64,000 bases of DNA from NCBI GenBank assembly GCA_964247055.1, contig OZ176054.1:7688001-7752000 (forward strand). The letters are read 5' to 3'. The notes beneath the pieces are model-generated. The model was not told where the DNA came from, searched no databases, and saw only the letters and a program-made list of their open reading frames with translations. Both the position numbers and the translations under genes were made by a program. Shown here piece after piece: positions 39,348 to 52,785 of the stretch (the first letter of the stretch is position 1; each line of letters starts with the position of its first letter). Source of the DNA: Paragordius varius (lineage: Eukaryota > Animalia > Nematomorpha).

Positions 39348-42300
39348 TTACATCCAATCACTACATTCCGAGGGTGATGATGACTCGGTTTCATTTTGAT
39401 ATTTTGAGGAGGAATCGTGGGAATAACTGCCGCTTGATGAATCAGATTGCGAACTATCTGTTATGGGGTCGAAATAATAATCTTCACTTACACGTCTGTT
39501 TTTTTCATCTTTTGAAAATATAAAATAAAAATTATATAACGCATTATTCCAATTACATAATCTCATTGATCAAACGCTAGATATTTATTCAATAAAGGCA
39601 TATCACAAAATCAGGTATGTGAAATGCGAATTAAACCATTTTTTGTTGTGATTAAATTAAATGGGATTTTAAAGATTTAAGTTTAGAGGCAGGATCTGAA
39701 AAACGCCATTTTTACTAAAAAAAGGTTAAATTGCGCCGACGAAGAAGGATACAAAACTTTTAACTCAAAACTAACTTTTATTAATATACTAGCGTAAATC
39801 TCGTGCTGCTACGCAGCCCGAGGAAGTCCTTCGGACTTCTGGTGGGGGGGGGAGGCTATTTGAAATAAGAGACAATAAAATGATCCACATGTGTGGATTA
39901 TTTCGAAACATTATTTAAATAGATTTTATAGGAATTTTAAAACGGTGCATTCATACTGATATATTGTTTACTTGGGGGAAAAATAGATTTAAAAAATTAT
40001 TTTTGTGGATTTTGTTTTTTAAAAAAATGGCATTTTACGGGAGGAGCGGGTAAAGAGAGGGCCTAAATTAAAAAAGCGAGACGACTATGGTCGGCGCGAT
40101 CAAAAATAAATAAACAAAAATTATATTTGAAATTGAATGGTCCAACACGTTCTCCAGAAAGTTGTCTCAAAGACACGATTTTTGTGGACTTCTGTTTTCA
40201 AAAAAAACCCGTTTTTCACACGGGGTGGGCAACTGAGGGCCTATTTCAAAAAAAGGGCGAAGCCATTGTCGGGGCATTCTAATGATTATATTTTTTGTTT
40301 GGATTTGAATGGGTCTACGGGTTTTCCGGTACCATATCACAAAGCCAGCATTTTCCATTTTTATAAATATATAGATTTTGGTTTAAGTTATTTTTATCGA
40401 TAATATATTTATAAAAATGGAAAATGATGGCTTTGTGATCTGTTTCCGGAAAACCGGTAGACCCATTCAAATCCAAATGTCGAAAAAATATAATCATTAA
40501 TGAATGCCCCGACAATAGCTTCGCCCTTTTTTGAAATATGCCCCCAGTTCGGGCCCACCCCATGTGAAAAACGGTTTTTTTGAAAACAGAAGTCCACAAA
40601 AATCGTGTCTTTTAGAAAATTTTCTTGACGTGTTGGACCGATCGATTTTAAATATGATTTTTGTTTACCTATTTTCGATTGCTCCGAACATAGTCGGCTA
40701 GCTTTTTTAATTTAGGCCCTCTTTTTACCCGCTCCCCCCGTAAAATGCCATTTTTAAAAAATTAAGTTCACAAAAATATTTTTTGAATCTATTTTTCGCC
40801 CAATTAAACAATATATTGTGAATGCACCGTATTGAAATTCCTATGAGATCATAGCTATTAAATAATGTTTCGAAATAACCCACATATGTGGATCATTTTA
40901 TTGTCTGTTTTTTCAAATAAGTCCCCAAGAGCTTTGGTTTTTGAATAGTATATTAAGTTGGTCTGGGCTATCCAGTTATCGCATCAAAGTATTTATACCT
41001 GAAATTGCAATTTATTTTTGTTTTAACAGATGAAAAAGGACTAATATGATATTAAAGTTAAAAAATTGAAATACTTTTTACCAATAATTATTATTTGAAT
41101 CATATTTTAGTTATTAAAATAGATCTTTAACCTCGGATAATCATTCATTAATTTAGATTACTTTATTTATGAACTAACAGGGTTAAAGATATCCTTAAAA
41201 TATTATGGAAAATTATAACTTTATAAACTCAATTGACATAATCTTAGGGTAAAAACGATGAGATCTAGATGTCATTAAAAAAACCAAAAATAAAGTTAAT
41301 AATAGCCCTCTGCATATCATACTTCTGCTGATATTATTATATTGCATAAAACTATAGACTTGGATTAAGGTTTGAACGAATCCTTTTGTTGGTTTTAAAA
41401 ATATGCATCTCAAATATTTGATCATAATAACACAATTAAAAAGTAAGTTTATTCCTCCATTAGGCCGGGACAATAAAGATTTGGCAAATTTAAAATGAAA
41501 AAGAATAAATTCATATAAAATTTATTAGCTTAAATTCTAAAACATTTAAATTATTTTCTGATCTACTTTCTTCATTTAGATTGTTATTCAAGAATCAACA
41601 TAAACACCTTTGCAGCCGTATTTTTAGCTTTAAAAAATTTGACGAACCGCATTGAGAATATGCAAAATAAACATCAATAAATATTTATTAATTTCCTTCA
41701 AGGGACTGTAAAACAATTTACGACTACGAATTATTTTTTATTTTTGGTTATTCCTTGGCAAAATTTGGAAAGATTTATTCAGATTTGCCTACATTTTATA
41801 AAATCAAAAATTTAAATTGTCCAATAAAAAAATTTAGATCTAATTATTTTTACATTTTTTGTCTATAAGATTTTCAGTTTCCGACAATTTTTACCTATTA
41901 AAGGATCATGGTAATATACAAACTCCATAATTTTACTAATATATTTTTTAAAATTATAATTTTTTTTGGTTTAAAATTTTCGCGGGACGTTTAAGGCCGC
42001 GTGCACAACCCTGTTCAAAAATGTAAAATGCGATGATTACATTTTGATTCAAAGGCAACCTAGAATTTAACATTTATACCACTAATTTTTTTGGTAAGTA
42101 ATTTACAAATACGGATTCGCAAACATGCGTGATCTAATAGAAAAATTATTTGACATTTTATTTTACATTTTTCTTTTGACCATATTTTGTCGTTTCGACT
42201 TTTACTAAATTTTTGATTTTTTTAAAAAAAAACATTATAATTGAATATTACTTTGATGTAAACTATATTTCGGATCTTTCAGTAAACTGTCCTCCTTTTA

Positions 42301-45300
42301 TATTGTCAAATTTTTTTAATTTCCTTTTTTTATGTATTTGACAGATTGTAACCTTACATAGCGAAAAATGATTTTTCATAAATTTTTTTACCTAAAATCA
42401 TTAATAAAAATAATTATCATGTTAAAAAACAGATAATGTATTTGTGTTTGTTTTTCGATAATTGGGATTGACTACCTTGTCCCTATATGATATTGAATAT
42501 TGTTACATATATGGATAGTATAAAAATAATTTTAAAAAGTTAAAACATATCCTAAATTAAAATATTAAAAATTTTTAAATATTTTTTTTGTGATTTTACC
42601 TGAAGGCGAAGTATATGCAAATGGGTGCATACCCTAATATCAAAATTATGGTCGATTCAACTTGTTACAATTTATGTTTAATTATAATAATAATAATAAT
42701 TAAAATTTAAGAAAATTTTTTAAAGTTTTATTTAACTATCGATCATTCCACAATATAAGCTATAACTGATATGCCAATTATTTTTTATGGCCTGTTGGTA
42801 GGGTAGTTTTAAATACACTAAAAGATCATTCGGCGATAACTTTTTATTTTTTTTAAGTTCCTTTTGTTAAATAGTTTTGACCAGTCTGTTATAAACTAAA
42901 ATTATTTTATATCATAAAAAAATAAAATAATTTGACTATAGGATATATTTTCTTTCTCTAAATATAATACCGAAATGGTGCTAATTTTTTTATTATTTAA
43001 TAGTAATAAAAACGGCGACATCAATTTTCATGATATTCCCAATTATGCATTTTCAAATTAAAATTTTAATTCTAGGCCATTTCCTTAGTTTTAAAAGTGG
43101 TAATACCCAAAATATAAGTATTAAACAACCCACACGTAATCACTATATCATGGCAATAATCATATCTATAAGATTTAATTTTAGTTGATATTAAAATTTG
43201 CAATTTATAAAATTTGATTACCAAATAGTTTTTGTGCTTCATAGCAAAAATGCTAAACTAATTTAAAAATAGAAGGTGACATCGACCTAAAATAGTCAGG
43301 GTGGCATCGATGATAAGAAGGGCTACTGCAGAATAAAAAAGTACGAATTAAGTTTTATAGCTACTTAAATGTAAAATTTATTCGAAGCATTGTAAATAAT
43401 AATAAAGAATTAAACAAACTTTAGTTTTAAAATTCAATGTACTATAAATAATATATATTTTTTAATATGTAATATAAATCTCCTGTTTAGGATATTGATA
43501 TTAAACCAAAATTAATGGACCATAACTGGGAAAGCAGGAATATACTACACATTCAATATGCCATGAAACCACAAATTTGTTCAAATTTTATTTTTTTACG
43601 TTGATATAATATTTGGAAAAAATTGAATAACTTTTAACCAAAAATTTTTATTAAATTAAAATAAAATCTTTGTAACTAAATACAAAGTTTATGATTTTTA
43701 ATAATCAATTTAAAAAAATGGAGTATTGAACAGATTTACGAACCTAAAAATTTTTAATCTGGGTTTTAAACCTAAACTTTTAGTTATAAACATAATTCAA
43801 TAGCAAATATAAGAAAATTTTCAATAAATAAATCATTCAACTTTAATAATAACATAAAGACACGATTTAAAGGAAATTAATTTAGATGGATTTTTATTCC
43901 ATTGTTTCAAATTAATTTTTTTTCACAAAACTGACAGAGAAAGACAGTATGTTAGAAGACACATAAAATCTTTTAGTAATTAATTCTACAATACCATTTT
44001 TTAATTTGACATCAGTATTTATATAAATGATTTGACACATGAAATGTTCCTCCTTCTTTATAAAATGTTAGGAAAAATTAATTATAAAGGAACCACCCGG
44101 GTTACTGGACAGTCAATTCCATTATATATGATTTTTAATCACAAAAAGCTTTAATATAATAAAATAAATATTGGAAAATTATATAAGCACAAAGTTGAAT
44201 ATCGTATTCTAGTTTAAATTAATAACTCATAAGTTAAAGATTTATATTATCTATTCGGGATCTTTTCACTTTTTTGTCCGCGATGTCGTATTGGGGTAGT
44301 TTTATATCCAACTAAATCTTAAATCTTGTAAATAAACTATTGTTTTGAAAGTTATTTTAGTTAAAATTTAATTATCAAACATTGTTCCCCAGTATTAGAT
44401 AAAAAGGTTATATTATTTGTAGTTTTGTGACTTGTAGAGTCTAAAATTAGGACATCTCCAAAACACGATTTAACTAAACAGCGGATTTAAAATAAATAAA
44501 TATAAAGTTTTTGCTAGATGCAACCTGAATATTAAAGGTAGTTATTTCAATTTTTTAACGATAAAATACATATATATGCCTATTGTATAAGTATTTTAAA
44601 AAAGTTAAAAGAAAAATATGGCGGCGGTTTGAGATGATGATTTTTCTACATGCGCATAAATGGCTGAAAGCATATTTGTAAATTCGGCCCTAATACAATA
44701 ACTTCTATTTAAGATTTTCAAATTGCAAACGCTTTTGTATATAAAATTACTCTAAACGGTTATTCAAATAATAAATATTTCAATATCAACTTCTCTAGTT
44801 ACCATAAATTTTAATAAAATATTATATTAAATTTTAATAGACTATCAATTTCTATTAAATGGTAGTGAATTATCGTTTTAATTTTATGATTGTTTGTCTG
44901 AATGAATAATTTTTTTAATTTGACAATATGTAATTATTTTTTAATTCGGACATTGGTTTTTTCCACCCAGAAATGATAAATGATAATTACACGTAGACGT
45001 AAAAAGAAATTAGTTGTTTTTATTTCTATTGTGCAAAAAATATATGTTTAATATCACACTCTCCATTTAGCATAGCAAAAAATATAATAAATTATATTTC
45101 ATAATAATTGGACAAAAAAAGTTGACAAATTGCTCAATAAAATTTCCATTTATGTAAATTATTTTAACGTCCTTTTTTTCATATATTTATTATGCTAAAA
45201 ACGTTTTATATTATATATATATATAAATGAGTTAATTCCGGAAAAGTTTTAAGCTCTAAAAATAATTTTTACCTTATAATAGAAATTGTATAAACTTGTG

Positions 45301-48300
45301 GTTTTTTTATAATTTATTGTTATTCATAACGACTTAGAACAAGGATGAGGGTATTATAGATATTGTTAATAATTAATATTAATGTAAAATATTCCATGAA
45401 ATTTGTATTAATTTAAAAATTAAAATGCTTGAGTCTTAAATTTTGGATCAAAAGTTTTTAATCGATATGGCCTTTTAGCCATTTCAAATCCATAAATGGA
45501 TGATATTGGTAAAATGTTTATAACTTCATTACCTTTTGGAAGTAGTTTTTTACCTTAAAGTATTAAAAAATATTTTTTAGTATATGGACCGAATTGTAAA
45601 ATGTATTCTGTGACTTATAAGCTCATTATTCAAATTACAAAATTGACAAATTTTCATCTTCAACTCTAAGTCGCCATTTTTCTAGATTTATGTAATCGCT
45701 AAAAAAACTGGCATTATTATCATCTTCAAATTTAATTTCAGTCGTTTTATTTTTTTATTTTATATTTCGGCAAATTTTATTTTAAAATAAACTTGCTTCA
45801 TTGAATTTGAAAGCTATCCATATATGATTGGGGAAAAGTTACCCAACTTCAATAAACAGAAATTATGTTACACTATTTAATAATACCTACTAATTTTTAA
45901 TTAAATATATTAAAAGAATATGATATTATAAAAAATATTAGCCTACAATTGTGTACCGTTTTCCTAAGTAATACAGAAGCAAAATTAATATAAATCGAAT
46001 TTCCGTTTTTATAAAAGTGCAATTAATATAAATTTATAATCTCGATTCAGTTTTTGGTTAAATTATAGAATAGTAATAAGGATATTTTTGTCAAAAGATT
46101 TAGTAGAAATAAAAATACAATTGTGATCTTATTTTTATAGAAAAAGTAACAATTTCTTAGCTATTAATTAATTTATGCAGAAAAATGACTAGAGATTTGG
46201 AAAAATTTGGACAATTTTGATTTCGTAATAAATAAGAGTTTTACATAATTATTTCTCTACTTTTTAAAAAAATAATATTTATTAGTTTAATCTCAGATAC
46301 TGCATAGGTTCACGCTTTTTTACAATTCAACTTGTTTGGGGTAGCAAAATACCGTAATTTAAAATTACAATAAATGCTTTTAGATATGCTTCTTATTTTA
46401 CAGTATGAGTAAGTATACATTGCTAGAAAGTTATTAATTATTGCCAAATAGTAAATACAGCAAAGGGCAGTATTGTTGGTTATACCAAAAAGTAAAAAAA
46501 TAACTATAAGCCAATAATACTACCCTTTGTTGATTTACTATCTGGCAATAATTAATAACCTTTTGTATACTTACTTATACTGCTTATAAAAAATTGTTTT
46601 AACCAAGATTTAATATAAATTAATTTTAAAAGGTATCATATGAAAATCTTTTAAGTTATTTTTTCATGATTATTTACTGAGGGTATCATACAATTCCATA
46701 ACTACAAGAGTTCGAGGTACTTTAGCAGATAAAATGATTATTTAAAACCAAATTTGGATTACAAATAATTGATATAATTAAAATATTGAAATGTTTTAAT
46801 TTTTTTTTAATATTATACAAATTTTTATGCTTATTGTATATTTAAATTATAATTTAAAATATAGGCCCGTGGATGTTTACCGCCGTATTCGCAACAAGGA
46901 TCAAATGTCTTTCATTAGTATTGAAAAGTTATCGAAATTGTTTAATATTTTTCATTCAAAAGCCATCCCATATAAATTATTGACATTTTGAATAAATATC
47001 ATATAATATATACATTGTTTTTTTTACTAAAAACATATCTCAAAAAATTCTGAATACAGAATAATAATCTTTTAACCTATATATAAATATTAAGTTGTTT
47101 ATTGTTTTTAGGCAAAAAAACGTAATTAGATAATTTGATCTATATCCCCCCTGCTGTGATGCCTGTATAGCTGTGTTTTGGCTTAAACCTACCAAAATGT
47201 CAAAGTTCCAATTATCATGCTCCATTAATTTTGCTGATTAATGCTTTTCTTTTTTGGTGTGGTGGATAAAGAATTACCAAATCCTTTTACAATGTTTATA
47301 TTAACAGAAGAAAAACCATATATGTCCTATTTTTTTCTGCTTTCAGCTTTATAAAATAAGTTTTATAGTTAAAAATATTACTGTGGAACATAAAATAACT
47401 TATGGATTTTGTTTTAATTAAATAATTTTTGTTTTGGGAAGAAATGGTCAAGGCATTGCCGTATCCGCATTTGAAATTTTTATAATTAGTTTTATTAAAT
47501 AAATCAATTTATCTCACTTACGTTAAAGTTGTTTATATAAAAAATATTTTGCTCTTTGCCGCGCGGCTGAACATCGCGCGCCTTAAATTAAATATTGATT
47601 CTTTGTTTTCTCGTTCAAAAAAATGTTGGAAAAAACTATTATTAATTTTTAATATTTATAATATATATATAATGTAATGTAATTAATTTTATATTATCTA
47701 CTGTGAATTCGAAATTTTTTTAAGAAATTAACACGTAAACTAATAAAAATATAGTTTGTTTCAATAAACTAATTTCAAGTGTTAACATAAAAATTGTCAT
47801 ATAAAACACATTACCTAATGATTTTTCCTTCCGAATTAAGCGTTTAACCATTTGCAGCTTGTTACGGCATTTTTGACTTAAGCTCATATTTTTTTGATCC
47901 TTTACCGTAGTATTATGCATATTTTGATTGCTATTGATATCTGATGGTGTTTCAGGAATCGTTATTTGGTTTCTTTCTCCATAACTTTCTTTGATCTCTT
48001 GATGACCAAAGTTATGGTTGTCATCTGTTATATCAGGATGATTATTTTTAATATTTTCTTTGCTGTGAATGTTTGATGAAGTTTCATTGCGAGATTGTTT
48101 TGTAATTTTTGCCCGAAGAATATTTTTGATAAAAGTAGCGCCATGCTCATTCAAATGTGTCGTTAAACTGTGATAGGAATGCGACAATGGCATAAATAAT
48201 ATATTACCAATACTACTATCTGAATTAATTATGCTAGTATTATTTCCATGATTTGTGGATGTTGAATTTTTATCATCAGTTTTAAATTTTTTGGAATCAA

Positions 48301-49168
48301 TATTCATTTTATCATGCTTGCCACTTTCACTACTATCGTGTAGTCCTTTTCCTAGGTTCTCCCCATTATTTTTTGAAATATTTATGGGAGCATTATTTTT
48401 AAACGATTGATGTCGAATTATCTTAACCAATGATTTTGGTAAATTGGAACAGGGTATTACTTGAACCCAAACCTTTGACTCATCAAACTGGGTTTTTGCA
48501 TTGGTATTAGGTGATTGATTTTTAGTTTCACAGCTTTGGGAATTATTTTTATCGTATGTGTCTACAGGGGGCGTGGTGAGTGCTTGGCGTAGCGAATAAA
48601 GTGAATAGTTATTTAGGGTATACCATATTTTATTGATTTGTACGACTTGGATCACAGAGCCGTTACCAAATTGATCCCTACCCAATGTTTGGGTATTATT
48701 GAAATTTTCCATATTTTTAGCCATTGTGGAGTCTTTTAACGTGTTTGTCAATGAATTAACAACAGTTGCTAAACTGCTAGAAAGTTCAAATTTTTGTCCA
48801 TTCTTAAGAACGGTGGCCCATTTTTTTAGGAAGTTATCACTCAAACTTTTGCATACCCCATTACTTATTATTCTTGTAGAGGTGGTAGTGTTATGATAAT
48901 TGTTTTGTGGAATAATTTGAGTAGTTTTATTACTATTGTCAGTATATTGGATAGAATTTGAAACTCCTTCATAGGGTTGCTGTTTTCCTGTCCAGATATT
49001 TTTTGATTGACCACCAATCTCCTCATAACGGTCATCGCTCCTATAATTTCTGTTAGCTGCATTTGTATTGTTGGTGGTGGTGTTTGTCCATGGAATATGT
49101 GGTAAGTAATGAATATCATTGATGCAAATAAGCATGTAATTATTATTATTGCTACTATTAATATTCAT
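39348..49168 (-). CDS. Unidentified multi-exon protein gene (incomplete model)
   Basis: A large exon (ATG 49168 to GT donor after 47815) has N/T-rich spacers between complex blocks (ICINDIHYLPHIPW, IQVVQINKIWYTL, VWVQVIPC, ILFMPLSHSY). Candidate downstream exons: AKLMEHDNWNFDIL (~47233, strong gtaggt donor), TFDPCCEYG (~46910), VPRTLVVMELYDTL (~46720), hydrophobic pieces at ~43330 and ~42650, and a Ser-rich last exon (~39520-39348, ...SECSDWM*). Linking these into one gene is inference. Confidence 0.5.
39789..40375 (-). mobile_element. Non-autonomous Helitron family B, complete copy
   Basis: On the minus strand it begins A|TCtatatatttataaaa and ends with hairpins (aagtccgaaggactt; ctcgggctgcgtagcagcacgag), then atttacgCTAG|T. 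That is an A/T target, 5' TC, 3' CTRR and no TSD. Confidence 0.85.
40397..40926 (+). mobile_element. Helitron family B, inverted 3'-truncated copy (head-to-head with 39789-40375)
   Basis: Diverged reverse complement of ~39855-40370. It starts atcgataatatatttataaaaatgg and lacks the hairpin-CTAG end. Confidence 0.8.
46401..46582. mobile_element. Hairpin MITE (CAGT...ACTG)
   Basis: TIRs cagtatgagtaagtataca / tgtatacttacttatactg, with inner arms ttattaattattgccaaatagtaaat / atttactatctggcaataattaataa. Confidence 0.75.
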
Positions 49169-50179
49169 AGCATTCTATATTGATGAAATTTTACATACAC
49201 TGCATATACAGATAGATGGTTTATGACTTTTGTATATATCTCTAATTTTTAGCTTTTTATAATGCAGGAATATTAAGACTTGTGTCTAACTGAGCTGAGA
49301 TAGATGTATAACAAAGTTAGAGGGGTAGTATGCTTTTCTGTGCTGCTCAGGTCATCAATATGTAAATAACATTGTTGCAGCCGTTTACCAGTCACTTTTT
49401 TAGTCTGTCTCAATAAATCATTTGTGGGAAAAAATAAATGCTATTACCATTATTATCTAACGTTAACACACTCTCGCTATCTGTGCTATAATAAATAATA
49501 TTTGGGAAATACACAAGCAAAATTTATTAGATATATATATATATATATATATAATATGTATTGATCAAATTTATGGACTTTAAAGTGGTGCGTTAACAGG
49601 CACAAAAAACTTTGAAATAGAAAGGTTGGTTAAGACCTCTCTTTTATATATATATATATATATTATATCCCATAATCGTTCTGATTGTATGGTTAAAGCT
49701 ATTAATATCGCAATATATAATATGTTTAAGTGTATTAGATATTAATATTTATATAAAATGCTGATAAAAATTGATATATTTTACGTTTCCAAAAAAATGT
49801 AAAAAATAATTTGTAGGCTCGCTAACTGCTAAATTGATAATTATATTTTAGCCATTTTTAGTATACGTTGCGCGGTGCCATACATTTCAAAATTAAATGA
49901 TATTTTTAAATGCGATTTTTTTAATTAAAATTCAAACAAAAGAAAATTAACGCGCTGATATTAACCAATTAATTATCTTTGTCATTTTTCAAAATATTTT
50001 TCAGCCCTGATATACCTGTTTTTGTTTTACCATTTATCTTTCATTGTGGCTGGCAAATATATTTGATATCGTTTGTTAAAAATAGACTACATTTCAATTT
50101 ATTAAATTTTTAGTTTTTATTTTATATAATTAACTTTAAAAGGTAGAATGCCTTACTATGGTTCCATTTTTATTTATAA

Positions 50180-51417
50180 CCAGCGTAAATCTCGGGCTGC
50201 TATGCAGCCTGAGAAAGTCCATCAAACTTTTTGGGGGGAGGAGGATTTGAAGAAAAGGATCAACAAAATGTGATACAAATATGTGGATTATTTCGAAACA
50301 TTATTTAATAGTTATTAGCTCGTATTTTCAAAACGGTGATAGAATTTTCAAAACTGTGCATTCATACTAATATATTGTTTGGTAAGATTGACGGCTCACG
50401 GGAAAAACCGCTATACTATATTTACCTTCTTATGGGTATTATTTAAAGGCTCTATTGAACTGGTACGGCCCTTAAATTTTTTGAAAATTTCCAAAACCAT
50501 GTCATTTTTGTATGGCGTCTCAGTTTTAAACTGGTAGACCCCTACCTATAGACCTATATGGAAAAAGCGCTGAGTTAAATTCTTTGTTTTTAGAGGGCAA
50601 ATATTTGGAATCATCTTTGATACCATCGTGTCATGGATCAAAAAATATCTCAACACTAAATAATCGTTATATGATGGCGTATTTTTAGGTCATAAAGCCC
50701 AAAATTAACGGCTAATAAAAACGCCTGACCTTAATTTTTACCTAGTTATAGGTAATATTTCCAGCTTTTAGTGAGCTCATATGGCTTCCTAAATTTTCTG
50801 TAAATTAGCTCCAAAACAACCCAATTGCTATATAGTGGCGCAGTTTTTGGTAGGTAGCTACTTACCCAGGGGTAGGTTGGCAGAATTTTCCCCTTTATAT
50901 GGGGAATATCTGGAATTATTATGGATTCCATATGTAAGCTCTTGGAAATATTGCTTCAAAATTAAAAAAATGTTCTATGACAGCCCATTTTTCAGGGCGT
51001 CAAAGGCCTAATTAACGGCTAATTTAAAAACACCGCTCGATTTAAATTTTTGCCTTTTTACGGGTAATATTTCAGGCCTTTATTAAACTTTTATGGCCTG
51101 TTAAGTTTTCTGAAAACTAACTCCTAAACAACGCAATTTCGATATGGTGGCGCAGTTGTAAAAGTGTAGCTACCTTCCAGAGGATCGACTGGTCCAACAC
51201 GTTTTCCGGAAAATTGTCTCAAAGACACGATTTTAAAACCCGTTTTTACACGAGTTGGGCCAGAACTGGGGGCCTAATTCAAAAAAAGGGGGAAACTATT
51301 GTCGGGGCATTCATTAACGATTATATTCTTTCGACATTTGGAATGGGTCTATTAGTTTTCCGAAAACAGATCCACAAAATCAGCATTTTCCATTTTTATA
51401 AATATATTGATGATAGA
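50180..51417 (-). mobile_element. Helitron family B copy carrying an ~820-bp internal module
   Basis: 3' end is CTGG|T (plus strand accagcgtaaatctcgggctgc) with the hairpin kept. 5' end is A|TC at 51417. The interior ~50367-51187 is replaced by diverged ~310-bp repeats. Confidence 0.75.
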
Positions 51418-52078
51418 TACAAATTCATATTATAATATGGTTTATAATATGAATTATCATACGGTTTAAATTTATAGTTTTATATTGACATAAATTTTTT
51501 CTCTCTATCGCAGCATGTGGTCTTAAAATACTTTTTATGACCTTAAATTATTCATTTATTATTGATACTATTCATAAATATTTGCAAGTGTGTAAAAATT
51601 TTTCCGCTATTTATATAGTACGGCCATCGACACATGTAAAATATTTCATTCGGCCCTTAAAATTTTTATGGTGAATACCACTGCTTTATCATGTAACTGT
51701 TATTTGCAAATGGAACAAACGGCCAAAAATAATACATTTTGAGCTTCGAAAAAATATAAGATTTAAACGAGGATTATTAATCATATGAACACTTCATGAT
51801 CCCAGAGCGAAATTCGAATATCTTAAAAAGTTAAAGTATTAGGCTGAATTTATAAATATGCTTTCTTTAGCCTTTTAATACATTTTAAAAAAATGTAAAA
51901 TTGTAAAAAAACTTAATCTCAAACTATTTCGCGGCCATTTTTCTTTAATTTTTTATCGCTATTATTCAATAGGAAAAATGGTTAGAAAAAGTAAACAATT
52001 AAGTTTAGTACGCATTCATGTTGGTTGCGTTTTCCCAGCCAGAACTTGATGTTGATGGATTTTAAAATCAGTTGTATG

Positions 52079-52766
52079 TAGGGTTGTGCATTTGACTGCT
52101 TTTTAAAAAACTCCGGTCAAACCCAGTCAGACCGTGGTCATGACCACTTTTTACCTAAGTAAACACAATGCGATATTGGATTGTGAAAATAATGTTCGAA
52201 TGACACTTGCGTTTCACTAATAATGTCATGTTTTTTTTTAAAGTTATTATACATTTATTTAATATTTATTATTTACAAATATTTTCAATCAAATTTAACC
52301 AAAAACTTTGTTTTAAAAAATTTGCCACATGTTTCTTCAAATACATAGCTTTTAATACTGGATAATTTTACCTAGTTTGTTTTAGACTTTCTTTCATCAT
52401 TTTAATATTCAATTATAAAATGTTTTTTTCATTTTATTGGTTGACATATATGAAATAATTGCATATTTTGCAAAGTGCTTGATTGTTTTTTTTCGAAATA
52501 ACTGGATATGCTTAAATGTTAATGTTATAAGGATGCATGTTTAACAATTTTATATTGTTAATAAGCATATGTAAATAATTAATTTATATTTTTTTTAAAA
52601 ATATATTAAAAAACAATAAATCTTACTATCTCTCTTCCAAAAAAATTTACCATATTTTTCAAAAAGCAGCTGTTTTTTAAATGACCATGGTCAAAAAATA
52701 AATAGTTACTGACCTGGTCTTTACCCGGTCAATTGACCGGATCATGACTTGGTCAGAACAACCCTA
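52079..52766. mobile_element. hAT-type MITE family A, copy 3
   Basis: TIRs tagggttgtgc / agaacaacccta with a perfect 8-bp TSD GTTGTATG (52071-52078 and 52767-52774). Confidence 0.92.
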
Positions 52767-52785
52767 GTTGTATGGCTCAATGTTT

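Noticed and set aside
40137-40599. Four overlapping ORFs on both strands (also 51214, 53894, 54321, 54460)
   Set aside because: They are by-products of the repeated, inverted non-autonomous Helitron, with no Rep or helicase motifs.
41990-42015. cagggttgtgcac (minus strand) as another family A MITE end
   Set aside because: No partner TIR, body or TSD nearby, and it may be coding sequence of the minus-strand gene; left unresolved.
47100-47233. NWNFDIL as a phosphodiesterase start, or DILVGLS as a patatin motif
   Set aside because: No downstream YHN/HD motifs and no GxSxG were found.
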